Counted from the first letter of the stretch, positions 49,580 to 60,423 are shown. The stretch: DNA of 64,000 nucleotides from Candidatus Latescibacterota bacterium (GCA_965203175.1 OZ241867.1:1344001-1408000); one strand, 5' to 3'. Program-made: numbers and translations. The notes: generated by a model from the sequence alone, not told the origin.

Positions 49580-50458
49580 ATGGATAAAGTTGATGTGCAC
49601 GTTCACGTCTTTGACCTGCCGAGCGAGCGGTTTCCCCGCGAGCTGAGCAGCCTCGCACCGGCTGACCGCGCCTGTCCGATTGAGGCGCTGATAGCCGACA
49701 TGGATGCTTCGGGCATCGACCGCGCCGTGTTGATCGAAATGAACGGCATCCAAATCGAGCAGCACGCTTACGTCACGCACTGCGTGCAGACGTGGCCTAA
49801 CCGTTTTACGGCGACGGGCTTGATTGACATGAACGATCCGGACCCGCCCGCTCGCCTGCGCGAGCTCGTCGCCGCCACTGGCATTGAGGGGATCCGGCTG
49901 GGGGCGTTGGGCGACCCGGCCGCCCAGCGGGCCGAGGACCTGGCGACCTACGCGGTCTTTGAGTGTGCGGACGAGTTGGGGCTCAACATCAATATCTACA
50001 CCGGCGGTGCTCAGTTCCCCTGCATCGAACTGTTGGCCGCGGCTTTTCCCGGGGTGAACATTTCCCTCGACCACTTAGGCGTGATGCCAACCACGCCCAA
50101 CGAGCCGGACCGGTGGGGCCGTCCCCGCTTTGGAGCCGAGCCGTTGCCGCCGGCCAATTATCCGCAAGTGATGGCGCTGTCTCGCTTTCCCAATGTCTAT
50201 GTCAAAATTTCGGGGGAGTACGCGTTTTCCAAGGTGCCTTGGCCCTATGGGGATATGCAGTCCATGGTCGAGGATGTGTATCGGGCCTATGGCGCGGATC
50301 GGATGATGTGGTGTACGGATTCGCCGTGGATTGTGGTGGAGCCGGGCTATCAGAAACTGGTGGATTTGCTCGACTGCCATTTGCCGAATATTTCCGCGGC
50401 GGAGAAGGAGATGATTATGGGTGGGACGGCGATGAAGTTGTGGTTTAAGGGGCGGTAG
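49580..50458 (+). CDS. Amidohydrolase_2 family protein (lactonase-like)
   Basis: DVHVH, LDHLG, NVYVKISG, RMMWCTDSP. Confidence 0.88.
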   Translation: MDKVDVHVHVFDLPSERFPRELSSLAPADRACPIEALIADMDASGIDRAVLIEMNGIQIEQHAYVTHCVQTWPNRFTATGLIDMNDPDPPARLRELVAATGIEGIRLGALGDPAAQRAEDLATYAVFECADELGLNINIYTGGAQFPCIELLAAAFPGVNISLDHLGVMPTTPNEPDRWGRPRFGAEPLPPANYPQVMALSRFPNVYVKISGEYAFSKVPWPYGDMQSMVEDVYRAYGADRMMWCTDSPWIVVEPGYQKLVDLLDCHLPNISAAEKEMIMGGTAMKLWFKGR

Positions 50459-50489
50459 CAGATGGAGCTAAAGATAGATTGAGGAGCAG

Positions 50490-50660
50490 TGCGATGAAAC
50501 GAGCGGAGCTGTTGCCCGTTTCTGGCAGCGGCCTGTGCGATTTGAGCCGGACGCGTCTGGTGGATTACCTCACCCTTCTGACTATCGACAATCCCGAAGA
50601 GTGCCGCTTTTACGAGGTTGAGGCTGAGGCCGCCAAGGTTCAGTATCTTTAGAAGAGTGA
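50490..50660 (+). pseudogene. Chimeric remnant: start of the RecG-C/ATP-binding fragment fused to a DUF1016 fragment
   Basis: 50490-50573 resembles 51374-51458; 50571-50660 resembles 55884-55973. Confidence 0.7.
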
Positions 50661-50694
50661 TCGTGGTCGCCTGTAATTGCAAAGGAGAAATAAA

Positions 50695-50970
50695 ATGCCC
50701 GTACCAAAACCTCGGTACAGCAAAGAGGAGTTCGCTCGTCGTGGCGATGAGATTTACGACCGAGAGATAAGGCCCCATGTTGGGCCTGATGACGAAGGTA
50801 AATTCGTCGTCATCGACATTGAGACGGGAGCTTATGAGATCGATAAGGACGAATTGGCTGCATCCGACCGGCTTCTTGCCCGCAGACTTGATGCACAAAT
50901 TTGGACAAGGCGTGTCGGTTCTCGTTATGCTCGCCGCTTTGGCCCTCGCTACAGGGCGAGTGGTGCATGA
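50695..50970 (+). CDS. Small protein of the type paired with clan AA aspartic proteases
   Basis: AAGGAG RBS; YSKEEFARRGDEIY...GKFVVIDIETGAYE; ATGA overlap with the next gene. Confidence 0.75.
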   Translation: MPVPKPRYSKEEFARRGDEIYDREIRPHVGPDDEGKFVVIDIETGAYEIDKDELAASDRLLARRLDAQIWTRRVGSRYARRFGPRYRASGA

Positions 50971-51356
50971 TAACCGGCCATGTTACTGCATACCGAGAGG
51001 CCGTCATTTCTCTGAATGTGGGGGGACCTAGGAACCAAGAGCGGGAGATTGATGCGGTTGTAGATACAGGTTTCAACGGTTTTCTGACGCTTCCTGCATC
51101 CATTATTCAGGAGTTGGATCTCGTCTGGCATCGGCGGGGTCGGGCTATGCTTGCCGACGGCAGTAACAGCGTCTTCGATATCTACGAGGCTACCATTACA
51201 TGGAATAGCAGGCCGAGACGGATCGCCGTGGACGAGGCAGAGTGTGATCCTCTTGTTGGCATGTCTTTGCTTTACGGCTGTGAGTTGACTGTTCAAGTCG
51301 TAGATGGAGGCCGTGTGTCTATATATCCCCTGCCGCGTCAGATCGAAAGGGGCTAA
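50967..51356 (+). CDS. Clan AA aspartic protease (AF_0612-like)
   Basis: AVVDTGFNGFLTLP, LADG, PLVGMSLL. Confidence 0.88.
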   Translation: MITGHVTAYREAVISLNVGGPRNQEREIDAVVDTGFNGFLTLPASIIQELDLVWHRRGRAMLADGSNSVFDIYEATITWNSRPRRIAVDEAECDPLVGMSLLYGCELTVQVVDGGRVSIYPLPRQIERG

Positions 51357-51378
51357 CGATAGATTGCGGAGTGGTGCG

Positions 51379-52208
51379 ATGAAACGAGTGGAGCTATTGC
51401 CCGTTTACGGCAGCGGTCTGTGCGATTTGAGCCGGACGCGGCTGGCGGACTACCTTACTGCTATCGTCGGCGACCGGGAAGTGCCAGAGACCGATGAGGA
51501 GTGGAATGAGCGGCTTTGCGCGCTGGGGTTCATGGTCGAGCGAGAAGACGGCCCGCCCGCCTGTACTATCGCCGGGTTGATCCTGTTTGGCTATCGGCCC
51601 CGTCGCCTGTTGCGCCATGCTGGCATCCGCTGGATGTGCTTTGAGGGGGAGGAGAAAACCTACGATGCCATTGACGATCAAGTGATTGAAGGGCCGCTGG
51701 TCGATCTTTGGCAGGTGCTGTCAGGGGGGCGTGAACTGGTGGAAAAGGGGCTGATTGAACGCCTTGCCGATGCGATGCGGCCGTTCGTATCTGAGGAGGC
51801 GGGCCAAGTGGAAGAGTCCATGCGTCGGGAACGACGCTGGCACTATCCGCTGGAAGCGCTGCGCGAAGGTGTTGTCAATGCGCTGACGCATCGGGACTGG
51901 ACGCGGTACGAGGAAATTGAGGTGGTCCGTTATGCGGACCGGATAGAGATACTCAGCCCTGGTGCACTGCAAAACGCATGACGATCGAAAAAATGATTGC
52001 TGGTCAACGGGTGCCGCGCAATCTGCTCATCTCTGAGACGTTGCGGGACTATAGCTATTCTGATGCTCGCGACATGGGGGTGCGGAACAAGATCATTCCG
52101 TTGATGCGAGCGCATAACGGGGTTGACCCGGAGTTTGAGGCGACGGAGGACTACTTGCGATTGACGCTGCGCCGAGGTTCGTCACCCTGTACCGAAGCTG
52201 AACGGTGA
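51379..52208 (+). pseudogene. Truncated, frameshifted ATP-binding protein (RecG C-terminal/HATPase_c_4; AlbA domain missing)
   Basis: ALREGVVNALTHRDW, IEILSPGAL; frame change near 51977 to MTIEKM...RN...GMGVR-like sequence. Confidence 0.75.
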
Positions 52209-53014
52209 CGAGACGGATGAATCGGTATTCTGTTGGCTACAATGAGCGCACGGCTGGTTTCTTCCAAGAGCGCACAGCCGACACGCACGCTCAGTTTCTT
52301 CTGGAGTACCTCGTGCCCGGGCTGGCTCTCTTAGACGGTGGATGTGGGCCCGGGACCATAACCAAAGGACTCGCAGAGATCGTGGCACCTGGGCGCGTCG
52401 TAGGGATCGACAGAGAGCCGAGTCAAATCGATCTTGCTCAGCGTCTCACCGATGGATTCCCTACAATCGAGTTCAAAACGGACGACCTTTGCAGCCTGAC
52501 TGCTGATGACGAGTCATTCGATGTCGTCTTCGTTCACGGAGTCTTAGAGCACATCGCTGACTCAGAGCAAGCTACCTCTGAGATTCGCCGAGTACTGAAA
52601 TCGGGAGGGCTAGTGGGCTCAAGACACGCCGACTTCGGAGGATTCCTGCTTGAGCCTACGCCTGAGCCGCTTGGGAAATTTTCGCAGTTATTCATCGAAC
52701 TGATGAAACGAAATGGCGGAGATCCGTACTGTGGACGTCGCCAGCCAGGACTATTCCGCAAGGCAGGATTCGAGATTGTCAAGGTTTCCGCGTCGTATGA
52801 CTGTTGGACGCCGGATGCGGAGTCCACGCGGAGAAACGCGCACTTTCTGGCGGAGTTGTGCGGCGACTCTGAATTCTCTGATCAGCTTGTGGAATACGGA
52901 CTAGCAGACGAACGGGTCTTGGCTCAACTAAAGTCATCATTCCTCACGTGGGGAGAGATGCCAGAGGCATTTGCCGCAGAAGCGTGGGGCGAGCTCGTCG
53001 CCAGAAAAGCGTAA
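52205..53014 (+). CDS. Class I SAM-dependent methyltransferase
   Basis: LDGGCGPGTIT, VVGID, FDVVFVHGVLEH, RRVLKSGG. Confidence 0.88.
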   Translation: MTRRMNRYSVGYNERTAGFFQERTADTHAQFLLEYLVPGLALLDGGCGPGTITKGLAEIVAPGRVVGIDREPSQIDLAQRLTDGFPTIEFKTDDLCSLTADDESFDVVFVHGVLEHIADSEQATSEIRRVLKSGGLVGSRHADFGGFLLEPTPEPLGKFSQLFIELMKRNGGDPYCGRRQPGLFRKAGFEIVKVSASYDCWTPDAESTRRNAHFLAELCGDSEFSDQLVEYGLADERVLAQLKSSFLTWGEMPEAFAAEAWGELVARKA

Positions 53015-53126
53015 ATTTGGGTTCCGCAGATTCAACAGACAGTGTTAGTTGAATCCACCGAACCGACCAAGAATCGGCAATCATTTTGCTCATCGGCGGG
53101 CATTTTAGAAGGAGCTAGCAGCGCAC

Positions 53127-55571
53127 ATGGCTTTGAAAAAGTCCCAACTCTACTCCTCGCTGTGGCAAAGCTGCGACGAGTTACGTGGCGGCATGGACGC
53201 CTCGCAGTACAAGGACTACGTCCTGACGCTGCTGTTTATGAAGTACGTCTCGGACAAATACGCTGACGATCCGTACCCGCTCATTGAAGTTCCACCCGGC
53301 GGCAGCTTCGCGGATATGTCAAACCTCAAGGGCGACAAGGAGATCGGCGACAAGATCAACAAGATCATCGGTCAGCTCATCGAGGCCAATGACCAGCTCA
53401 AGGGCGTCATCGACCAAGCTGACTTCAACGACGAGAGCAAGCTCGGCACAGGCAAGGAGATGCAGGACCGACTCTCGAAGCTGGTCGCTATATTCGAGGG
53501 GCTCGACTTCCGCGCCAACCGGGCCGAGGGCGACGATCTGTTGGGCGATGCCTACGAATACCTGATGCGGCACTTTGCGACCGAGTCAGGGAAGAGCAAG
53601 GGGCAGTTCTATACGCCGGCCGAGGTCTCCCGCATTATGGCACAGGTGGTTGGGATCGGCTCGGGCACCCAACAGGATCAGACTATTTACGATCCGACTT
53701 GTGGCTCTGGCTCGCTCTTGCTCAAGGCTGCGGACGAAGCGCCGCACGGCATTACCGTTTACGGCCAGGAGATGGACAACGCCACCTATGCGCTGGCACG
53801 GATGAACATGATCCTGCATGGCCATGAGACCGCTGAACTTTGGCGCGGCAACACCTTGGCCGCTCCGTACTTCAAGAACCCGGACGACCGCCTTAAGACC
53901 TTTGACTTTGCCGTCGCTAATCCGCCTTTTTCCGCCAAGGCTTGGTCCAGCGGCCTCAATCCAGACCACGACGAGTACGGGCGCTTCGAATACGGCATCC
54001 CTCCGACGAAAAACGGTGACTACGCCTTCCTTTTACATTTAATTGCGTCGCTCAACAGCAAGGGCAAAGGCGCGATTATCCTGCCGCACGGCGTGCTGTT
54101 TCGCGGCAACAAGGAGGCGGACATCCGCAAAAAGCTCATCCGCCAGGGCTTCATCAAGGGCATCATCGGCCTGCCGGCCAATCTGTTCTACGGCACTGGC
54201 ATCCCCGCCTGTATCTTGGTTCTCGATAAAGAGAACGCCCACGCTCGTAGCGGTATCTTCATGATCGACGCGAGCAAGGGCTTTCTCAAGGACGGCAACA
54301 AGAATCGCCTGCGCGCACAGGACATCCACCAAATCGTCGATGTGTTCAACCGGCAGACTGAGTTGTCGCGCTATTCCCGCATGGTGCCGGTGGCTGAGAT
54401 CGCTAGTCCGGCTAACGACTACAATCTGAACATTCCGCGCTACATTGATTCCAGCGAATCGGAAGACCTGCACGACCTCGACGCGCATTTGCACGGCGGC
54501 ATTCCCGACCGCGATCTCGACGAGCTCGGAACCTATTGGGATGTCTTCCCTTCGTTGCGCCAAGCGTTGTTTGTCGGCAACGGACGGGCGGGCTACAGCG
54601 AGGCTCGCGTTGAGACGCCGCAGGTGAAGGCCGCCATTCTCGGGCATGGGGAGTTCAAGTCGTACGAGGCGCGGGTCGCGGTCGTTCTCGACGGTTGGTG
54701 CAAGACGCACGAGCCGGTTCTCAAGGGGCTGGAGATAGACGCCAATCCCAAGGACATCATCCACACTCTGGCGGAGGATCTGCTGGCGAGTTTTGCCGAC
54801 TTGCCGCTGCTTGATCCGTACGACGTGTATCAGCGGCTGATGGACTATTGGGACGAGGTGATGCAGGACGATGTGTATCTCATTACTGCGGACGGTTGGG
54901 AAGAGGCAGTCAAGCCGCGTGGGATCATTGAGGACAAAGAGAAGAAGATCAAGGAGACGCCGGACCTGACTGTCAAACGCAGGAAGTACAAGATGGACCT
55001 GATTCCTCCGGGGCTGATCGTCGCGCGTTATTTCGCTGATGAACAGGCCGCTGTCGAGGCGCTACAGGCCAAGCAGGAGGCCGCAGCCCGCGAACTGGAA
55101 GAGTTCGTCGAAGAGCACACTGGCGAGGAGGGCTTGCTGGAGGATGCGGTCAACGACAAGGACAAAGTCACCAAGGGCGGCGTGACGGAGCGGCTCAAGG
55201 CTATCCGGTACGAGCCGGAGAGCGACGAGGAACGCGATGCCCTCAAGCATTGTAAAAGTCTGATTGAGGGCGAGGCTAAGGCGGCTAAGGCCGTCAAGGA
55301 GGCCCAAGCCCGCTTGGATGAGCAGGTGCTGGCCCGCTACGGCGTGCTCACTGAAGCCGAGATCAAGACGCTGGTGGTTGAGGACAAGTGGTTTGCGAGC
55401 ATCCGGGGTGCTATCGAAGGTGAGGTGCAGCGGTTGACACAGCAGCTCGCCGGGCGGGTGAAGGAGTTAGAAGAGCGCTACGCCCGTCCGCTGCCGGAGT
55501 TGGAGCGGGAGGTGGAGGTGTTTGGTGATAAGGTCGAGGAGCACTTAAAGAGGATGGGGATTTCGCTATGA
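53127..55571 (+). CDS. hsdM: Type I restriction-modification methyltransferase subunit
   Basis: LWQSCDELRGGMDASQYKDY, GQFYTP, YDPTCGSGSLL, ANPPF, PHGVLFRG, YNLNIPRYI. Confidence 0.95.
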   Translation: MALKKSQLYSSLWQSCDELRGGMDASQYKDYVLTLLFMKYVSDKYADDPYPLIEVPPGGSFADMSNLKGDKEIGDKINKIIGQLIEANDQLKGVIDQADFNDESKLGTGKEMQDRLSKLVAIFEGLDFRANRAEGDDLLGDAYEYLMRHFATESGKSKGQFYTPAEVSRIMAQVVGIGSGTQQDQTIYDPTCGSGSLLLKAADEAPHGITVYGQEMDNATYALARMNMILHGHETAELWRGNTLAAPYFKNPDDRLKTFDFAVANPPFSAKAWSSGLNPDHDEYGRFEYGIPPTKNGDYAFLLHLIASLNSKGKGAIILPHGVLFRGNKEADIRKKLIRQGFIKGIIGLPANLFYGTGIPACILVLDKENAHARSGIFMIDASKGFLKDGNKNRLRAQDIHQIVDVFNRQTELSRYSRMVPVAEIASPANDYNLNIPRYIDSSESEDLHDLDAHLHGGIPDRDLDELGTYWDVFPSLRQALFVGNGRAGYSEARVETPQVKAAILGHGEFKSYEARVAVVLDGWCKTHEPVLKGLEIDANPKDIIHTLAEDLLASFADLPLLDPYDVYQRLMDYWDEVMQDDVYLITADGWEEAVKPRGIIEDKEKKIKETPDLTVKRRKYKMDLIPPGLIVARYFADEQAAVEALQAKQEAAARELEEFVEEHTGEEGLLEDAVNDKDKVTKGGVTERLKAIRYEPESDEERDALKHCKSLIEGEAKAAKAVKEAQARLDEQVLARYGVLTEAEIKTLVVEDKWFASIRGAIEGEVQRLTQQLAGRVKELEERYARPLPELEREVEVFGDKVEEHLKRMGISL

Positions 55572-55616
55572 GTCAAAAATTCGATTTCCGGCAGCCCTGA
55601 GATTTCCGCGACAGCG

Positions 55617-55975
55617 TTGCGGAAATTGTCTGACCCACTGATGGAACTACCGAAAATTCCACAGACACTGTCTGTTGAATTGGCAAAGCGACTTCCCCTT
55701 GCTTGGTCTCCCTACGTTACCCTGCTGACCATCGACAATCCCGAAGAGCGCCAGTCGTCTGCAAAGGATCGGGATAAAGAGCAGTTCGGGGACCCGTTTG
55801 AAGCTCTACCGACGTTTCTACCAGAAGCAGAAAGAAATTGGTCCGACACTGTCGGACCAATTGGCATCCTTGGCGTCCGTTGTCACCCTGCTGACCATCG
55901 ACAATCCCGAAGAGCGCCGCTTCTACGAGATTGAGGCTGAGGCCGCCGAGGTTCAGTATCTTTAGAAGAGCGATT
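55617..55975 (+). pseudogene. DUF1016 (YhcG-like) N-terminal fragments
   Basis: PQTLS...LPLAWSPYVTLLTIDNPEER, plus a second LLTIDNPEERRFYEIEA piece. Confidence 0.7.
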
Positions 55976-56010
55976 CTCCAGTTGGCGATCAAGAGAATGA
56001 GAGGTCTGAA

Positions 56011-56305
56011 ATGACCAAAGACATAGAGAAGGGCTACCCCTGGGCAGTCCTTTGATGATTATCTCAAGGAGCAGGGTGCCTATGAGAAAACCACTGAACT
56101 GGCCGTGAAGCGTGTGCTGGCCTTCCAACTTGCCGAGGCAATGAAGCAGCAAGGCATCTCCAAGGCGGAAATGGCGCGCCGCCTCCGTACAAGCCGGTCT
56201 CAGCTTGATCGCCTGCTTGATCCTGGGCATGACGGCGTGACAGTCGGCGTACTGGCGCGCGCTGCAAAAGCGGTTGGCCGTGAATTTCGGCTCGAACTTG
56301 CCTGA
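56011..56305 (+). pseudogene. XRE-family HTH antitoxin, apparent frameshift near 56040; no toxin partner seen
   Basis: GQSFDDYLKEQG...AVKRVLAFQL...ISKAEMARRLRTSRSQLDRLLDP is out of frame with the ATG at 56011. Confidence 0.65.
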
Positions 56306-56315
56306 TCGGAGATTC

Positions 56316-56453
56316 CATATTGAGACGGGAGCGTATGAGATTGGTCAGGACGAACTGGTAGCATCCGACCGGCTTCTTGCCCGCAGACTCGATGCACAAA
56401 TTTGGACAAGGCAGGTTGGATCCCGGTATGCCCGCCGCTTTGGACTTCGCTAC
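56316..56453 (+). pseudogene. 3' fragment copy of the 50695-50970 gene
   Basis: IETGAYEIGQDELVASDRLLARRLDAQIWTRQVGSRYARRFG. Confidence 0.8.
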
Positions 56454-56665
56454 AAGCGAATAGATTTATCTGATTCTAAAACAAGAAGTTACATCAAACA
56501 GAAGAGTGTTAAGTGGGAATTGGGAAACAGAAAAAATTGAAAGCGGAGGAAGGGTGAACGGCAATTGCGGGAACAGTGGATGAGCATCAAGTCAAAATGG
56601 ACGAGGTAATAAACGATAGTTATATTTTTGCACCAATAAATAATATGAAGGAGGACATCAACATC

Positions 56666-56902
56666 ATGCCAGACCGTTATGTAACGAAGCATCCAGAAGG
56701 GTGGTCAGTGAAAGCACCGGGTGCCGCACGCGCAAGCAGCGTTCATGGGACGCAGCGGGAGGCCGAGGCGGCGGCGAAACAGATCGTGGCTAATCTTGGC
56801 GGCGGTGAGGTTCGTATCCAAGGACGCGATGGCAAGTGGCGTGATTCGGACACGGTCCCGCCGGGTAACGACCCGAATCCGCCACGCGACAAGAAGCACT
56901 AA
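56666..56902 (+). CDS. DUF2188 family small protein
   Basis: GWSVK..GA.RAS....TQ.EA...A...GGEVRI.GRDG..R. Confidence 0.8.
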   Translation: MPDRYVTKHPEGWSVKAPGAARASSVHGTQREAEAAAKQIVANLGGGEVRIQGRDGKWRDSDTVPPGNDPNPPRDKKH

Positions 56903-56923
56903 CGGAAGGTTAGGGGTATTTCG

Positions 56924-57874
56924 ATGAGAATATTCATTTCATATTCGCACAAAGACCAAGCAGTACTGGAGCGGCTACATACCCATTTGGCTCCCCTTCA
57001 GTCTGAAGGGCTTATTGATACATGGTATGATCGCCAAATTCTGGCGGGTGGGAGGGTCGACGAGGAGATCGGCAAAGAACTTGAGTCCTGCGATCTCTTC
57101 CTGATGCTTGTCAGTCCTGATTTCCTAGCGTCTGACTATTGCGTCAATCGTGAAATGAGGCGAGCGCTTGAGCGCCATAGGGACGACGCGGCGCATGTTG
57201 TACCAATTATCGTCGAGCCCTGCGATTGGCTTTCTTCGCCACTAAGTGAACTCAAGGTCCTACCACTTGATGGGGAACCTATTAGCGAGTGGCCAAACCC
57301 AAACAACGCCTATCTCGATGTAGTCAGGGAACTTCGGCGTATTCTTGAAACTCGTAAGGCCGCTGTGCCTCCTATGGGACATGCTACGTTCTCCGAGGAG
57401 ACTAATGAAACGCGACCTGTGGCTTCCCGTTATAGGGTACAGCAAGACTTCGATGATATAGATCGTAGTGAGTTCCGAGAGACCGCGTTTGCGACTATCT
57501 GCGATTACTTCCAGCAGCAGATTGCCGAGATCAATACGGACAGCAAATTACGCGGGCGTTTTGTGCCCCGGGGGCCGAGTTCGTTCGGATGCACAATCGT
57601 CAATAGGGCACGTGAGTTGAACCGTGGTACGGCGCACATCACTGTACATCGCGGAGACGGTGCCCCTGGGCTTGGCGACATCTACTACTCGTTCTCGGAA
57701 AATGCCGCAGCCAATACTGCAAGTGGCATGCTCTACATTGAGTCGGACAATTACGAAATGTATCTCAGCAGTATGATGAACTTCGGCAGTGGGCGGGAAC
57801 GGCTCACTCCGGAAGAAGCGGCAGAGTGCTTGTGGGCTGATTTTATCGAGAAGGCAGGAGTTTCTTTGGGCTGA
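56924..57874 (+). CDS. TIR-domain protein with an unknown C-terminal domain
   Basis: IFISYSHKD, WYDRQILAG, LVSPDFLASDYC..REM (catalytic-position Glu), VVPII. Confidence 0.88.
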   Translation: MRIFISYSHKDQAVLERLHTHLAPLQSEGLIDTWYDRQILAGGRVDEEIGKELESCDLFLMLVSPDFLASDYCVNREMRRALERHRDDAAHVVPIIVEPCDWLSSPLSELKVLPLDGEPISEWPNPNNAYLDVVRELRRILETRKAAVPPMGHATFSEETNETRPVASRYRVQQDFDDIDRSEFRETAFATICDYFQQQIAEINTDSKLRGRFVPRGPSSFGCTIVNRARELNRGTAHITVHRGDGAPGLGDIYYSFSENAAANTASGMLYIESDNYEMYLSSMMNFGSGRERLTPEEAAECLWADFIEKAGVSLG

Positions 57875-58103
57875 TTTGATTTGCAGAGGACAATCCGTCG
57901 ATTTCAATTCGGGGGACGTCTTGGCAACACCGCCGGGAAATCACTTTGGGACACCATGCTGGAAATCAGCCACAACGCGCAACGGTGCGGTCTAACTCCG
58001 GAAATTTTGCAGTCCATCCTAGCCGAAGAATGATCCGCTTCATCTTCGATACAAACGTCTAACCATTGGGGCCGCGCTGCTGTCCGAGGGCCGGTGAACG
58101 TGG

Positions 58104-59392
58104 ATGAATAGCGAGCAAGGGACAACGGGCAGCACCCTTGGAGGCGGACGCCGTGTGCCCGTGGAACCTGTTCCCGCCGGCTACAAGCGCACCGAAGTGG
58201 GCGTAATTCCGGAGGATTGGGAGCGTTCGAGCGTACATGCCATTGCCTCATCGACGCGCAACGCGATCGTTGGTGGTCCCTTTGGATCTGACCTCGTGTC
58301 CAAGGACTACGTGGCTCATGGCGTTCCGGTTATTCGTGGCCAGAATATGAGCGGCCAGTGGGTTTCGGGCAGTTTTGTTTTTGTTACGCCAACGAAAGCA
58401 AAATCACTCGAAGCGAATCTAGCGCATCCTGGAGACATTATCTTTACGCAACGAGGAACGCTTGGCCAAGTAAGCCTCGTTCCGGACAAACCCTTCAGCG
58501 CTTACTTGGTCTCCCAGAGCCAGATGAAGCTTTCGGTAAACCGCAAGGTGGCTGATCCGCTCTTCCTCTTCTATTTTTTTACAAGCTACGAACAGCAGAA
58601 ATCGATTCAGGGCAGGACGATTCAGACGGGAGTTCCGCATATTAATCTCGGAATTCTTCGTGAGATGCCCGTTCGACTTCCGCCATTAGCCGAGCAACGC
58701 GTCATCGCCGAGGCGTTGTCGGATGTGGATGGGTTGCTCACGGCGTTAGAGGCGCTGATCGCCAAGAAGCAGGCCGTCAAGCAGGCCGCCATGCGGCAAC
58801 TCCTCTCTGGCAAGACTCGTCTGCCGGGGTTTAGTGAGGCGTGGGAGACGAAGCGGATTGGCGACTTACTCTATTATGAACGACCAGATCGCTACATTGT
58901 GCAATGCACAGAGTACAGCGATTACGGCAATGTTCCAGTATTGACCGCAAACAAGTCGTTTGTTTTGGGCTACACCGACGAAGATTTCGGTATCTGTACT
59001 GATACTCCTGTTATCGTTTTTGACGATTTTACGACCGATTCAAGTATGCAACGTCTCCATTCAAAGTAAAGTCGTCAGCGATCAAGCTTCTCCGCGCCCG
59101 TCAGAATCAAGCACATCTTAGGTACGTTTTTGAACGTATGCAGTTGATTCGCTTCCCGTTGGGCGATCATAAGAGATACTATATATCGGATTATCAAAAC
59201 ATTGAGTTGGCCGTTCCCGGTTTCGGTGAACAACAGGCTCTTTCTTCAGTCCTCTCCGAAATGGACGCCGAGATCGCCACGCTGGAGCGACGCCGGGACA
59301 AGATTCGCGCCGTCAAGCAGGGCATGATGCAGCAGCTTCTCGTCGGTCGGGTGCGGCTGGTCGAACCAGACTTAGATCGTACGAGGAGTTAA
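58104..59392 (+). pseudogene. hsdS: Type I RM specificity subunit, frameshifted near 59042
   Basis: GYKRTEVGVIPEDW, PPLAEQRVIAEALSDVD, KQAAMRQLLSGKTRLPGF. After FDDFTTDS the expected KY...PFKVKSSAIKLL continues in another frame to KQGMMQQLL.GRVRL. Confidence 0.88.
59307..59350 (+). repeat. hsdS 3'-end direct repeat, left copy
   Basis: 39 of 44 nt match 63728-63771. Confidence 0.85.
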
Positions 59393-59468
59393 AGTCAGTC
59401 TCGCGAAAATGAGTCATCTTTACAGATCACACATGATGCTGTAAAAACAGACACTTGGAGGTGTGTTG

Positions 59469-60422
59469 ATGTCCAAGGACCTGAAGAGTCAGCAGGAGCA
59501 GGGTACCACCAGTATTAAGAACCGAGACTTTCCGAGCCTATACCAGAGTGCCGACAAAGCGTCACTTTCAGCACAACGACGTTATCTTTGTTTGCAGAAG
59601 AGCTATATCGGTTGTCTTATTTTGGGGAGCGTTGGTGCTGCCCTTGCGACGATAGTTCCGGTCGTAGCCGTCAAGTGGACTCACATTGTCTTGGCGATAG
59701 TTCTGGTAACTGGCGTCGTTCTCACTTGGGTATCCCGAGTACGTCGAGACGACAAGGTGTGGTTTGGCTGTCGCGCCATTGCTGAGTCCACAAAGACCGC
59801 TACATGGCGATTCATGATGAAGGCTGCACCTTTCAAAGATGACAGCATCGCTAGGCAGTCATTCATTGACCAGCTTCGACTAATACGAGAGGAGAGGCAT
59901 TTCAGTTCACACGATTTGGCGCAAAGCTTGGATGCAAACACTCAGTCTATTAGCGATTTCATGGATAATGTGCGACAGAAGCCCTTGAATAAACAGCGGA
60001 ACCTATATCTTGAGTCGAGACTTCGCGATCAAAAGGCTTGGTATTCAAATAAAGCCAAGTTCAATTCAAAGAAGGAATCTTGTTGGTTCTGGGTGGTTTT
60101 GGCACTACATGTGGTCGCCATTGCTTTTGCAATTATTCAGGCTGGTTCAGGTGGCTTACCGGTAAACATGGTTCCATTTTTGATGACCTGCGCTGCTTCT
60201 GCTATCGCATGGAGCCATATGAAGCGCTACGGCGAGTTAGCTCAGACCTACTCACTCTCTGCACAGGAGCTGAGAGACCAAGAAGCGATTGCCTCGGATA
60301 TAACGGAAGAGGCTGACTTCCTCGCACTTGTGGAGCAAGTCGAGGAGACCATTTCTCGTGAACATACCATGTGGTGTGCGCGCCGGAATGTGATAATCAG
60401 ACCAACCGACAAGGGAAACTAA
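59469..60422 (+). CDS. Tandem SLATT/DUF4231 four-TM effector
   Basis: GGAGG RBS; two TM hairpins; W...RAIAESTKT..WRFMM; Y...RLRDQKAWY..KA; ELAQTY; VEETISREHTMW. Confidence 0.82.
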   Translation: MSKDLKSQQEQGTTSIKNRDFPSLYQSADKASLSAQRRYLCLQKSYIGCLILGSVGAALATIVPVVAVKWTHIVLAIVLVTGVVLTWVSRVRRDDKVWFGCRAIAESTKTATWRFMMKAAPFKDDSIARQSFIDQLRLIREERHFSSHDLAQSLDANTQSISDFMDNVRQKPLNKQRNLYLESRLRDQKAWYSNKAKFNSKKESCWFWVVLALHVVAIAFAIIQAGSGGLPVNMVPFLMTCAASAIAWSHMKRYGELAQTYSLSAQELRDQEAIASDITEEADFLALVEQVEETISREHTMWCARRNVIIRPTDKGN

Positions 60423-60423
60423 C

